DNA from: Eledone cirrhosa
Lineage: Eukaryota
Reading direction: 5' to 3'
Assembly (NCBI GenBank): GCA_964016885.1
Contig: OZ024744.1
Coordinates: 131,068,001 to 131,132,000, forward strand
Length of the DNA stretch: 64,000 nt
In this document: in pieces, positions 1 through 11,874 of the stretch
How positions within the stretch are numbered: position 1 is the stretch's first letter
Layout of the letters: each line of letters opens with the position of its first letter
Notes under the pieces: generated by a model
The model's input: only the letters and a program-made list of their open reading frames with translations
Told to the model about the DNA's origin: nothing
Database searches by the model: none
Program-made: the position numbers and the translations under genes

Positions 1-148
1 GTTGGGGTTAAGTCAAGTTGGGGTTAAGTTGGGGTTAAATTAAGTTGGGGTTAAGTTAAGTTGGGGTCAAGTTAAGTTAGGGTTAAGTTAAGTTGGGGTT
101 AAGTTAAGTTGGGGTTAAGTTAATTTGTGGTTAAGTTAAGTTGGGGTT

Positions 149-348
149 AACCCCAACTTAACTTAACCCCAACTTCACTCAAACCCAACTTAACTCAACC
201 CCAACTTAACTTAACCCCAGCTTCACTCAACCCCAACTTAACTTAACCCCAACTTCACTCAACCCCAACTTAACTCAACCCCAACTTAACTTAACCCCAA
301 CTTGACTTAACCCCAACTTAACTTAACCCCAACTTAACTTAACCCCAA
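149..348 (-). repeat. Inverted satellite island 1, subtype A, 200 bp
   Basis: C-rich AACTTAACTTAACCCC units. Left junction GGGGTT|AACCCC, right junction ACCCCAA|AGTCGGGG. Markers CAAACCC and CCAGCTT. Confidence 0.95.
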
Positions 349-3300
349 AGTCGGGGTTAAGTTAAGTTGGGGGTAAGTTAAGTTGGGATTAAGTTAAGTT
401 GCGGTTAAGTTGGGGTTAAGTTAAGTTGGGGTTAAGTTAAGTCGGGGTAAGTTAAGTCGGGGTTAAGTTAAGTTAGGGTTAAGTTAAGTTGGGGTTAAGT
501 TAAAGTTGGGGTTGAGTTAAGTTGCGGTTGAGTTAAATTGGGGTTGAGTTAAGTTGGGGTTGAGTGAAGTTGGTGTTGAGTTAAGTTGGGGTTAAGTTAA
601 GTTGGGGTTAAGTTATGTTGCGGTTAAGTTAAGTTGAGGTTAAGTTAAGTTGGGGTTAACTTAAGTGTGGGTTAAGTTAAGTTGGGGTTAAGTTAAGTTG
701 GGGTTGAGTTAAGTTGGGGTAGAGTTAAATTGGGGTTGAGTTAAGTTAGGGTTGAGTTAAGTTGGGGCTGAGTTAAGTTGGGGCTGAGTTAAGTTGGGGC
801 TGAGTTAAGTTGGGGTTCAGTTAAGTTGGGGTTGAGTTAAGTTGCGCTTAAGTTAAGTTGGGGTTAAGTTAAGTTGGGGTTATGTTAAGTTGGGGTTTAG
901 TTAAGTTGGGGTTCATTTAAGTTGGGGTTAAGTTAAGTTTAGGTTAAGTTGGGGTTAAATTAATTTGGGGTTAAGTTAAGTTGGGGTTAAGTTAAGTTGG
1001 GGTTAATTTAAGTTGGGGTTAATTTAAGTTGGGGTTAAGTTAAGTTGCGGGTAATTTAAGTTGGGGTTAAGTTAAGTTGGTGTTAAGTTAAGTTGGGGTT
1101 AAGTTAAGTTGGGGTTAATTTAAGTTTGGGTTAAGTTAAGTTGGGGCTAATTTAAGTTGGGGCTGAGTTAAGTTGGGGTTAAGTTAAGTTGGGGTTAAGT
1201 TAATTTGGGGTTAAGTTGGGGTTAAGTTAAGTTGGGGTTTATTTAAGTTGGGGTTAAGTTAAGTTGGGGTTCAGTTAAGTTGGGGTTCAGTTAAGTTGGG
1301 GTTAAGTTAAGTTGGGGTTAAGTTAAGTTGGTTAGTTAAGTTGAGGTTAAGTTAAGTTGGGGTTAAGTTAAGTTGGGGTTAAGTTAAGTTGGGGTTAATT
1401 AAAGTTAGGGTTAAGTTAAGTTGGGGTTAAGTTAAGTTGGGGTTATGTTAAGTTGGGGTTAAGTTAGGTTGGGGTTAAGTTAAGTTGTGGCTAAGTTAAG
1501 TTGGGGCTGAGTTAAGTTGGGGTTAAGTTAAGTTGGGGTTAAGTTAAGTTGGGGATAAGTTAAGTTGGGGTTAAGTTAAGTTGTGGTTTATTTAAGTTGG
1601 GGTTAATTTAAGTTGGGGTTCAGTTAAGTTGGGGTTCAGTTAAGTTGGGGTTAAGTTAAGTTGGGGTTTATTTAAGTTGGGGTTAATTTAAGTCGGGGTT
1701 AAGTTAAGTCGGGGTTAAGTTAAGTTAGGGTTAAGTTAAGTTGGGGTTAAGTTAAGTTGGGGTTGTGTTAAGTTGGGGTTGAGTTAAATTGGGGTTGAGT
1801 TAAGTTGGGGTTGAGTTAAGTTGGTGTTGAGTTAAGTTGGGGTTAAGTTAAGTTGGGGTTAATTTAAGTTGCAGTTAAGTTAAGTTGAGGTTAAGTTAAG
1901 GTGGGGTTAAGTTAAGTTGGGGTTAAGTTAAGTTGGGGTATATTAAGTTGGGGTTAAGTTAAGTTGGGGTTAAGTTAAGTTGGGGTTAAGTTAAGTTGGT
2001 GTTAAGTTAAGTTGGGGCTGAGTTAAGTTGGGGCTGAGTTAAGTTGGGGCTGAGTTAAGTTGGGGTTAAGATAAGTTGGGGTTGAGTTAAGTTGGGGTTA
2101 AGTTAAGTTGGGGTTAAGTTAAGTTGGGGTTAAGTTGGGGTTAAGTTAAGTTAGGTTTAAGTTAAGTTGGGTTTAAGTTAAGTTGGGGTTAAGTTAAGTT
2201 GGGGTTAAGTTAAGTTGGGTTTAAGTTAAGTTGGGGTTAAGTTAAGTTGGGGTTAAGTTAAGTCGGGGTTAAGTTAAGTTGGGGTTAAGTTAAGTTGGGG
2301 TTAAGTTAAGTTGGGGTTAAGTTAAGTTGGGGTTAAGTTAAGTTGGTGTTAAGTTAAGTTGAGGTTAAGTTAAGTTGGGGTTAAATTAAGTTGGGGTTAA
2401 GTCAAGTTGGGGTTAAGTTAAGTTGGGGTTAAGTTAAGTTGGGGATATGTTAAGTTGGGGATGAGTTAAGTTGGGGTTAAGTTAAGTTGGGTTTAAGTTA
2501 AGTTGGGGTTAAGTTAAGTTGGGGTTAAGTTAAGTTGGGGTTAAGTTAAGTTGGTTAGTTAAGTTGAGTTTAAGTTAAGTTGGGGTTAATTTAAGTCGGG
2601 TTTAAGTTAAGTTAGGGTTAAGTTGGGGTTGAGTTAAGTTGGGGTTGAGTTAAATTGGGGTTGAGTTAAGTTGGGGTTGAGTTAAGTTGGTGTTGAGTTA
2701 AGTTGGGGTTAAGTTAAGTTGGGGTTAAGTTAAGTTGTGGTTAAGTTAAGTTGAGGTTAAGTTAAGTTGGGGTTAAGTTAAGTTGGGGTTAATTTAAGTT
2801 GGGGCTAAGTTAAGTTGGGGCTAAGTTAAGTTGGGGTTAAGTTAAGTTGGGGTCAACTTAAGTTGGGGTTAAGTTAAGTTGGCGTTAAGTTAAGTTGGGG
2901 TTAAGCTAAGTTGGGGTTAAGTTAAGTTGGTGTTAAGTTAAGTTGGGGCTGAGTTAAGTTGGGGCTGAGTTAAGTTGGGGCTGAGTTAAGTTGGGGTTCA
3001 GTCAAGTTGGGGTTGAGTTAAGTTGCGGTTAAGTTAAGTTGGGGTTAAGTTAAGTTGGGGTTATTTTAAGTTGGGGTTTAGTTAAGTTGGGGTTCATTTA
3101 AGTTGGGGTTAAGTTAAGTTTGGGTTAAGTTGGGGTTAAATTAATTTGGGGTTAAATGAAGTTGGGGTTAAGTTAAGTTGCGGGTAATTTAAGTTGGGGT
3201 TAAGTTAAGTTGGGGTTAAGTTAAGTTGGGGTTAATTTAAGTTTGGGTTAAGTTAAGTTGGGGTTAAGTTAATTTGGGGTTAAGTTAAGTTGGGGTTAAG

Positions 3301-3668
3301 TTAAGTTGGGGTTTATTTAAGTTGGGGTTAAGTTAAGTTGGGGTTCAGTTAAGTTGGGTTTCAGTTAAGTTGGGGTTAAGTTAAGTTGGGGTTAAGATGG
3401 GGTTAAATTAAGTTGGGGTTAAGTTAAGTTGGTTAGTTAAGTTGAGGTTAAGTTAAGTTGGGGTTAATTTAAGTTGGGGTTAAGTTAAGTTGGGCTTAAG
3501 TTAAGTTGGGGTTAATTTAAGTTGGGGTTAAGTTAAGTTGGGGTTCAGTTAAGTTGGGGTTAAGTCAAGTTGGGGTTAAGTTGGGGTTAAATTAAGTTGG
3601 GGTTAAGTTAAGTTGGGGTCAAGTTAAGTTAGGGTTAAGTTAAGTTGGGGTTAAGTTAAGTTGGGGTT

Positions 3669-3868
3669 AACCCCAACTTAACTTAACCCCAACTTCACTC
3701 AAACCCAACTTAACTCAACCCCAACTTAACTTAACCCCAGCTTCACTCAACCCCAACTTAACTTAACCCAAACTTCACTCAACCCCAACTTAACTCAACC
3801 CCAACTTAACTTAACCCCAACTTGACTTAACCCCAACTTAACTTAACCCCAACTTAACTTAACCCCAA
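3669..3868 (-). repeat. Inverted satellite island 2, subtype A, 200 bp
   Basis: Same junctions and markers as island 1, plus a CCCAAAC variant shared with island 4. Confidence 0.95.
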
Positions 3869-6541
3869 AGTCGGGGTTAAGTTAAGTTGGGGGTAAGTTA
3901 AGTTGGGATTAAGTTAAGTTGCGGTTAAGTTGGGGTTAAGTTAAGTTGGGGTTAAGTTAAGTCGGGGTAATTTAAGTCGGGGTTAAGTTAAGTTAGGGTT
4001 AAGTTAAGTTGGGGTTAAGTTAAAGTTGGGGTTGAGTTAAGTTGCGGTTGAGTTAAATTGGGGTTGAGTTAAGTTGGGGTTGAGTGAAGTTGGTGTTGAG
4101 TTAAGTTGGGGTTGAGTTAAGTTGGTGTTGAGTTAAGTTGGGGTTAAGTTAAGTTGGGGTTAAGTTATGTTGCGGTTAATTTAAGTTGAGGTTAAGTTAA
4201 GTTGGGGTTAACTTAAGTGTGGGTTAAGTTCAGTTGGGGTTAAGTTAAGTTGGGGTTGAGTTAAGTTGGGGTTGAGTTAAATTGGGGTTGAGTTAAGTTG
4301 GGGTTGAGTTAAGTTGGTGTTGAGTTAAGTTGGGGTTAAGTTAAGTTGGGGTTAAGTTAAGTTGCGGTTAAGTTAAGTTGAGGTTAAGTTAAGTTGGGGT
4401 TAACTTAAGTGTGGGTTAAGTTAAGTTGGGGTTAAGTTAAGTTGGGGTTAAGTTAAGTTGGTGTTAAGTTAAGTTGGGGCTGAGTTAAGTTGGGGCTGAG
4501 TTAAGTTGGGGCTGAGTTAAGTTGGGGTTCAGTTAAGTTGGGGTTGAGTTAAGTTGCGGTTAAGTTAAGTTGGGGTTAAGTTAAGTTGGGGTTATGTTAA
4601 GTTGGGGTTAAGGTAGGTTGGGGTTAAGTTAAGTTGGGGTTGAGTTAAGTTGGGGTTGAGTTAAATTGGGGTTGAGTTAAGTTGGGGTTGAGTTAAGTTG
4701 GTGTTGAGTTAAGTTGGGGTTAAGTTAAGTTGGGGTTAAGTTAAGTTGGGGTTAACTTAAGTGTGGGTTAAGTTAAGTTAAGGTTAAGTTAAGTTGGGGT
4801 TAAGTTAAGTTGGGGTTAAGTTAAGTTGGGGTTAAGTTAAGTTGGTGTTAAGTTAAGTTGGGGCTGAGTTAAGTTGGGGCTGAGTTAAGTTGGGGCTGAG
4901 TTAAGTTGGGGTTCAGTTAAGTTGGGGTTGAGTTAAGTTGCGGTTAAGTTAAGTTGGGGTTAAGTTAAGTTGGGGTTATGTTAAGTTGGGGTTTAGTTAA
5001 GTTGGGGTTCATTTAAGTTGGGGTTAAGTTAAGTTTAGGTTAAGTTGGGGTTAAATTAATTTGGGGTTAAGTTAAGTTGGGGTTAAGTTAAGTTGGGGTT
5101 AATTTAAGTTGGGGTTAATTTAAGTTGGGGTTAAGTTAAGTTGCGGGTAATTTAAGTTGGGGTTAAGTTAAGTTGGGGTTAAGTTAAGTTGGGGTTAAGT
5201 TAAGTTGGGGTTAAGTTAAGTTTGGGTTAAGTTAAGTTGGGGCTAATTTAAGTTGGGGCTGAGTTAAGTTGGGGTTAAGTTAAGTTGGGGTTAAGTTAAT
5301 TTGGGGTTAAGTTGGGGTTAAGTTAAGTTGGGGTTTATTTAAGTTGGGGTTAAGTTAAGTTGGGGTTCAGTTAAGTTGGGGTTCAGTTAAGTTGGGGTTA
5401 AGTTAAGTTGGGGTTAAGTTAAGTTGGGGTTAAGTTAAGTTGGGGTTAATTTAAGTTGGGGCTAAGTTAAGTTGGGGCTAAGTTAAGTTGGAGCTAAGTT
5501 AAGTTGGGTTTAAGTTAAGGTGGGGTTAAGTTAAGTTGAGGTTAAGTTAAGTTGGGGTTAAGTTAAGTTGGTGTTAAGTTAAGTTGGGGCTGAGTTAAGT
5601 TGGGGCTGAGTTAAGTTGGGGCTGATTTAAGTTGGGGTTGAGTTAAGTTGGGGTTGAGTTAAGTTGCGGTTAAGTTAAGTTGGGGTTAAGTTAAGTTGGG
5701 GTTATGTTAAGTTGGGGTTAAGTTAAGTTGGGGTTAAGTTACGTTGGGGTTGAGTTAAGTTGGGGTTGAGTTAAATTGGGGTTGAGTTAAGTTGGGGTTG
5801 AGTTAAGTTGGTGTTGAGTTAAGTTGGGATTAAGTTAAGTTGGGGTTAAGTTAAGTTGGGGTTAAGTTAAGGTGAGGTTAAGTTAAGTTGGGGTTAACTT
5901 AAGTTGGGGTTAAGTTAAGTTGGGGTTAAGTTAAGTTGGGGTTAAGTTAAGTTGGTGTTAAGTTAAGTTGGGGCTGAGTTAAGTTGGGGCTGAGTTAAGT
6001 TGGGGCTGAGTTAAGTTGGGGTTCAGTTAAGTTGGGGTTGAGTTAAGTTGCGGTTAATTTAAGTTGGGGTTAAGTTAAGTTGGGGTTCATTTAAGTTGGG
6101 GTTAAGTTAAGTTTGGGTTAAGTTGGGGTTAAATTAATTTGGGGTTAAGTTAAGTTGGGGTTAAGTTAAGTTGGGGTTAAGTTAAGTTGGGGTTAATTTA
6201 AGTTGGGGTTAATTTAAGTTGCGGGTAATTTAAGTTGGGGTTAAGTTAAGTTGGGGTTAAGTTAAGTTGGGGTTAAGTTAAGTTGGGGTTAAGTTAAGTT
6301 GGGGTTAAGTTAAGTTGGGGCTGAGTTAAGTTGGGGTTAATTTAAGTTGGGGTTAAGTTAAGTTGGGGTTAAGTTAAGTTGGGGTTTATTTAAGTTGGGG
6401 TTAAGTTAAGTTGGGGTTCAGTTAAGTTGGGGTTCAGTTAAGTTGGGGTTAAGTTAAGTTGGGGTTAAGATGGGGTTAAATTAAGTTGGGGTTAAGTTAA
6501 GTTGGGGTTAAGTTAAGTTGGGGTTAAGTTAAGTTGGGGTT

Positions 6542-6716
6542 AACCCCAACTTAACTTAACCGCAACTTCACTCAACCCCAACGTAACTCAGCCCCAACTT
6601 AACTTAACCCCAACTTCAATCAACCCCAACTTAACTTAACCCCAACTTCACTCAACCCCAACTTCCAACTTGACTTAACCCCAACTTAACTTAGCCCCAA
6701 CTTAACTTAAGCCCAA
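6542..6716 (-). repeat. Inverted satellite island 3, subtype B, 175 bp
   Basis: 25-bp deletion scar ACTTCCAACTTGAC, ends AAGCCCAA|AGTC. Markers CCGCAAC and CAATCAA are shared with island 5. Confidence 0.95.
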
Positions 6717-8956
6717 AGTCGGGGTTAAGTTAAGTTGGCGTTAAGTTAAGTTAGGCTTAACTTAAGTTGGGGTTCAGTTAAGTTGGGGGTAAGTTAAGTT
6801 GGGGGTAAGTTAAGTTGGGGTTAAGTTAAGTTGCGGTTAAGTTGGGGTTAAGTTAAGTTAGGGTTAAGTTAAGTTGGGGTTGAGTTAAGTTGGGGTTAAT
6901 TAAGTGGTGGTTATGTTAAGTTGGGGTTAAGTTAAGTTGGGGTTAATTTAAATTGGGGTTAAGTTAACTTTGTGGTTAAGTTAAGTTGGGGTTAAGTTAA
7001 GTTGGGGTAAAGTTGGGGTTGAGTTAAGTTGGGGTTGAGTGAAGTTGGGGTTAAGTTAAGTTGGGGTTAAGTTAAGTTGGGGTTAAGATAAGTCGGGGTT
7101 AAATTAAGTTGTGGTTGAGTTAAGTTGGGGTTAATTTAAGTTGGGGCTAAGTTAATTTGTGGTTAAGTTAAGTTGGGGTTAAGTTAAGTTGGGGTTAAGT
7201 TAAGTCGGGGTAAGTTAAGTCGGGGTTAAGTTAAGTTAGGGTTAAGTTAAGTTGGGGTTAAGTTAAGTTGTGGTTGAGTTAAGTTGGGGTTGAGTTAAAT
7301 TGGGGTTGAGTTAAGTTGGGGTTGAGTTAAGTTGGTGTTGAGTTAAGTTGGGGTTAAGTTAAGTTGGGGTTGAGTTAAGTTGGGGTTAAGTTAAGTTGGG
7401 GTTAAGTTAAGTTGGGGTTAAGTTGGGGTTAAGTTAAGTTAGGTTTAAGTTAAGTTGGGTTTAAGTTAAGTTGGGGTTAAGTTAAGTTGGGGTTAAGTTA
7501 AGTTGGGTTTAAGTTAAGTTGGGGTTAAGTTAAGTTGGGGTTAAGTTAAGTCGGGGTTAAGTTAAGTTGGGGTTAAGTTAAGTTGGGGTTAAGTTAAGTT
7601 GGGGTTAAGTTAAGTTGGGGTTAAGTTAAGTTGGTGTTAAGTTAAGTTGAGGTTAAGTTAAGTTGGGGTTAAATTAAGTTGGGGTTAAGTTAAGTTGGGG
7701 TTAAGTTAAGTTGGGGTTAAGTTAAGTTGGGGATATGTTAAGTTGGGGATGAGTTAAGTTGGGGTTAAGTTAAGTTGGGTTTAAGTTAAGTTGGGGTTAA
7801 GTTAAGTTGGGGTTAAGTTAAGTTGGGGTTAAGTTAAGTTGGTTAGTTAAGTTGAGTTTAAGTTAAGTTGGGGTTAATTTAAGTCGGGTTTAAGTTAAGT
7901 TAGGGTTAAGCTGGGGTTGAGTTAAGTTGGGGTTGAGTTAAATTGGGGTTGAGTTAAGTTGGGGTTGAGTTAAGTTGGTGTTGAGTTAAGTTGGGGTTAA
8001 GTTAAGTTGGGGTTAAGTTAAGTTGTGGTTAAGTTAAGTTGAGGTTAAGTTAAGTTGGGGTTAAGTTAAGTTGGGGTTAATTTAAGTTGGGGCTAAGTTA
8101 AGTTGGGGCTAAGTTAAGTTGGGGTTAAGTTAAGTTGGGGTCAACTTAAGTTGGGGTTAAGTTAAGTTGGCGTTAAGTTAAGTTGGGGTTAAGCTAAGTT
8201 GGGGTTAAGTTAAGTTGGTGTTAAGTTAAGTTGGGGCTGAGTTAAGTTGGGGCTGAGTTAAGTTGGGGCTGAGTTAAGTTGGGGTTCAGTCAAGTTGGGG
8301 TTGAGTTAAGTTGCGGTTAAGTTAAGTTGGGGTTAAGTTAAGTTGGGGTTATTTTAAGTTGGGGTTTAGTTAAGTTGGGGTTCATTTAAGTTGGGGTTAA
8401 GTTAAGTTTGGGTTAAGTTGGGGTTAAATTAATTTGGGGTTAAATGAAGTTGGGGTTAAGTTAAGTTGCGGGTAATTTAAGTTGGGGTTAAGTTAAGTTG
8501 GGGTTAAGTTAAGTTGGGGTTAATTTAAGTTTGGGTTAAGTTAAGTTGGGGTTAAGTTAATTTGGGGTTAAGTTAAGTTGGGGTTAAGTTAAGTTGGGGT
8601 TTATTTAAGTTGGGGTTAAGTTAAGTTGGGGTTCAGTTAAGTTGGGTTTCAGTTAAGTTGGGGTTAAGTTAAGTTGGGGTTAAGATGGGGTTAAATTAAG
8701 TTGGGGTTAAGTTAAGTTGGTTAGTTAAGTTGAGGTTAAGTTAAGTTGGGGTTAATTTAAGTTGGGGTTAAGTTAAGTTGGGCTTAAGTTAAGTTGGGGT
8801 TAATTTAAGTTGGGGTTAAGTTAAGTTGGGGTTCAGTTAAGTTGGGGTTAAGTCAAGTTGGGGTTAAGTTGGGGTTAAATTAAGTTGGGGTTAAGTTAAG
8901 TTGGGGTCAAGTTAAGTTAGGGTTAAGTTAAGTTGGGGTTAAGTTAAGTTGGGGTT

Positions 8957-9156
8957 AACCCCAACTTAACTTAACCCCAACTTCACTCAAACCCAACTTA
9001 ACTCAACCCCAACTTAACTTAACCCCAGCTTCACTCAACCCCAACTTAACTTAACCCAAACTTCACTCAACCCCAACTTAACTCAACCCCAACTTAACTT
9101 AACCCCAACTTGACTTAACCCCAACTTAACTTAACCCCAACTTAACTTAACCCCAA
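8957..9156 (-). repeat. Inverted satellite island 4, subtype A, 200 bp
   Basis: Appears identical to island 2. Confidence 0.95.
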
Positions 9157-11874
9157 AGTCGGGGTTAAGTTAAGTTGGGGGTAAGTTAAGTTGGGATTAA
9201 GTTAAGTTGCGGTTAAGTTGGGGTTAAGTTAAGTTGGGGTTAAGTTAAGTCGGGGTAATTTAAGTCGGGGTTAAGTTAAGTTAGGGTTAAGTTAAGTTGG
9301 GGTTAAGTTAAAGTTGGGGTTGAGTTAAGTTGCGGTTGAGTTAAATTGGGGTTGAGTTAAGTTGGGGTTGAGTGAAGTTGGTGTTGAGTTAAGTTGGGGT
9401 TGAGTTAAGTTGGTGTTGAGTTAAGTTGGGGTTAAGTTAAGTTGGGGTTAAGTTATGTTGCGGTTAATTTAAGTTGAGGTTAAGTTAAGTTGGGGTTAAC
9501 TTAAGTGTGGGTTAAGTTCAGTTGGGGTTAAGTTAAGTTGGGGTTGAGTTAAGTTGGGGTTGAGTTAAATTGGGGTTGAGTTAAGTTGGGGTTGAGTTAA
9601 GTTGGTGTTGAGTTAAGTTGGGGTTAAGTTAAGTTGGGGTTAAGTTAAGTTGCGGTTAAGTTAAGTTGAGGTTAAGTTAAGTTGGGGTTAACTTAAGTGT
9701 GGGTTAAGTTAAGTTGGGGTTAAGTTAAGTTGGGGTTAAGTTAAGTTGGTGTTAAGTTAAGTTGGGGCTGAGTTAAGTTGGGGCTGAGTTAAGTTGGGGC
9801 TGAGTTAAGTTGGGGTTCAGTTAAGTTGGGGTTGAGTTAAGTTGCGGTTAAGTTAAGTTGGGGTTAAGTTAAGTTGGGGTTATGTTAAGTTGGGGTTAAG
9901 GTAGGTTGGGGTTAAGTTAAGTTGGGGTTGAGTTAAGTTGGGGTTGAGTTAAATTGGGGTTGAGTTAAGTTGGGGTTGAGTTAAGTTGGTGTTGAGTTAA
10001 GTTGGGGTTAAGTTAAGTTGGGGTTAAGTTAAGTTGGGGTTAACTTAAGTGTGGGTTAAGTTAAGTTAAGGTTAAGTTAAGTTGGGGTTAAGTTAAGTTG
10101 GGGTTAAGTTAAGTTGGGGTTAAGTTAAGTTGGTGTTAAGTTAAGTTGGGGCTGAGTTAAGTTGGGGCTGAGTTAAGTTGGGGCTGAGTTAAGTTGGGGT
10201 TCAGTTAAGTTGAGGTTGAGTTAAGTTGCGGTTAAGTTAAGTTGGGGTTAAGTTAAGTTGGGGTTATGTTAAGTTGGGGTTTAGTTAAGTTGGGGTTCAT
10301 TTAAGTTGGGGTTAAGTTAAGTTTAGGTTAAGTTGGGGTTAAATTAATTTGGGGTTAAGTTAAGTTGGGGTTAAGTTAAGTTGGGGTTAATTTAAGTTGG
10401 GGTTAATTTAAGTTGGGGTTAAGTTAAGTTGCGGGTAATTTAAGTTGGGGTTAAGTTAAGTTGGGGTTAAGTTAAGTTGGGGTTAAGTTAAGTTGGGGTT
10501 AAGTTAAGTTTGGGTTAAGTTAAGTTGGGGCTAATTTAAGTTGGGGCTGAGTTAAGTTGGGGTTAAGTTAAGTTGGGGTTAAGTTAATTTGGGGTTAAGT
10601 TGGGGTTAAGTTAAGTTGGGGTTTATTTAAGTTGGGGTTAAGTTAAGTTGGGGTTCAGTTAAGTTGGGGTTCAGTTAAGTTGGGGTTAAGTTAAGTTGGG
10701 GTTAAGTTAAGTTGGTTAGTTAAGTTGAGGTTAAGTTAAGTTGGGGTTAAGTTAAGTTGGGGTTAAGTTAAGTTGGGGTTAATTTAAGTTGGGGCTAAGT
10801 TAAGTTGGGGCTAAGTTAAGTTGGAGCTAAGTTAAGTTGGGTTTAAGTTAAGGTGGGGTTAAGTTAAGTTGAGGTTAAGTTAAGTTGGGGTTAAGTTAAG
10901 TTGGTGTTAAGTTAAGTTGGGGCTGAGTTAAGTTGGGGCTGAGTTAAGTTGGGGCTGATTTAAGTTGGGGTTGAGTTAAGTTGGGGTTGAGTTAAGTTGC
11001 GGTTAAGTTAAGTTGGGGTTAAGTTAAGTTGGGGTTATGTTAAGTTGGGGTTAAGTTAAGTTGGGGTTAAGTTAAGTTGGGGTTGAGTTAAGTTGGGGTT
11101 GAGTTAAATTGGGGTTGAGTTAAGTTGGGGTTGAGTTAAGTTGGTGTTGAGTTAAGTTGGGATTAAGTTAAGTTGGGGTTAAGTTAAGTTGCGGTTAAGT
11201 TAAGGTGAGGTTAAGTTAAGTTGGGGTTAACTTAAGTTGGGGTTAAGTTAAGTTGGGGTTAAGTTAAGTTGGGGTTAAGTTAAGTTGGTGTTAAGTTAAG
11301 TTGGGGCTGAGTTAAGTTGGGGCTGAGTTAAGTTGGGGCTGAGTTAAGTTGGGGTTCAGTTAAGTTGGGGTTGAGTTAAGTTGCGGTTAATTTAAGTTGG
11401 GGTTAAGTTAAGTTGGGGTTCATTTAAGTTGGGGTTAAGTTAAGTTTGGGTTAAGTTGGGGTTAAATTAATTTGGGGTTAAGTTAATTTGGGGTTAAGTT
11501 AAGTTGGGGTTAAGTTAAGTTGGGGTTAATTTAAGTTGGGGTTAATTTAAGTTGCGGGTAATTTAAGTTGGGGTTAAGTTAAGTTGGGGTTAAGTTAAGT
11601 TGGGGTTAAGTTAAGTTGGGGTTAAGTTAAGTTGGGGTTAAGTTAAGTTGGGGCTGAGTTAAGTTGGGGTTAATTTAAGTTGGGGTTAAGTTAAGTTGGG
11701 GTTAAGTTAAGTTGGGGTTTATTTAAGTTGGGGTTAAGTTAAGTTGGGGTTCAGTTAAGTTGGGGTTCAGTTAAGTTGGGGTTAAGTTAAGTTGGGGTTA
11801 AGATGGGGTTAAATTAAGTTGGGGTTAAGTTAAGTTGGGGTTAAGTTAAGTTGGGGTTAAGTTAAGTTGGGGTT

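Larger units (their letters stand above)
2080..7370 (+). repeat. ~5.3 kb tandem duplication, copy 1
   Basis: Same order of rare variants as 7371-12703: AGGTTT at 2153 and 7441, islands at 3669 and 8957 (offset 5288), islands at 6542 and 11875 (offset 5333). Boundaries are approximate. Confidence 0.85.

Noticed and set aside
149-348. Islands as MITEs or piggyBac-type TTAA insertions
   Set aside because: They consist only of the inverted satellite, have no terminal inverted repeats of their own, have no TTAA duplication at the right end, and are copied together with their flanks.
331-368. Rho-independent terminator hairpins
   Set aside because: There is no upstream gene and no U-tract. The stems are a by-product of the inversion.
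3642-3695. Protelomerase (telRL-type) site or site-specific invertase switch
   Set aside because: The palindrome is fully explained by inversion of the repeat, no recombinase gene is present, and I cannot match it to a known target sequence.
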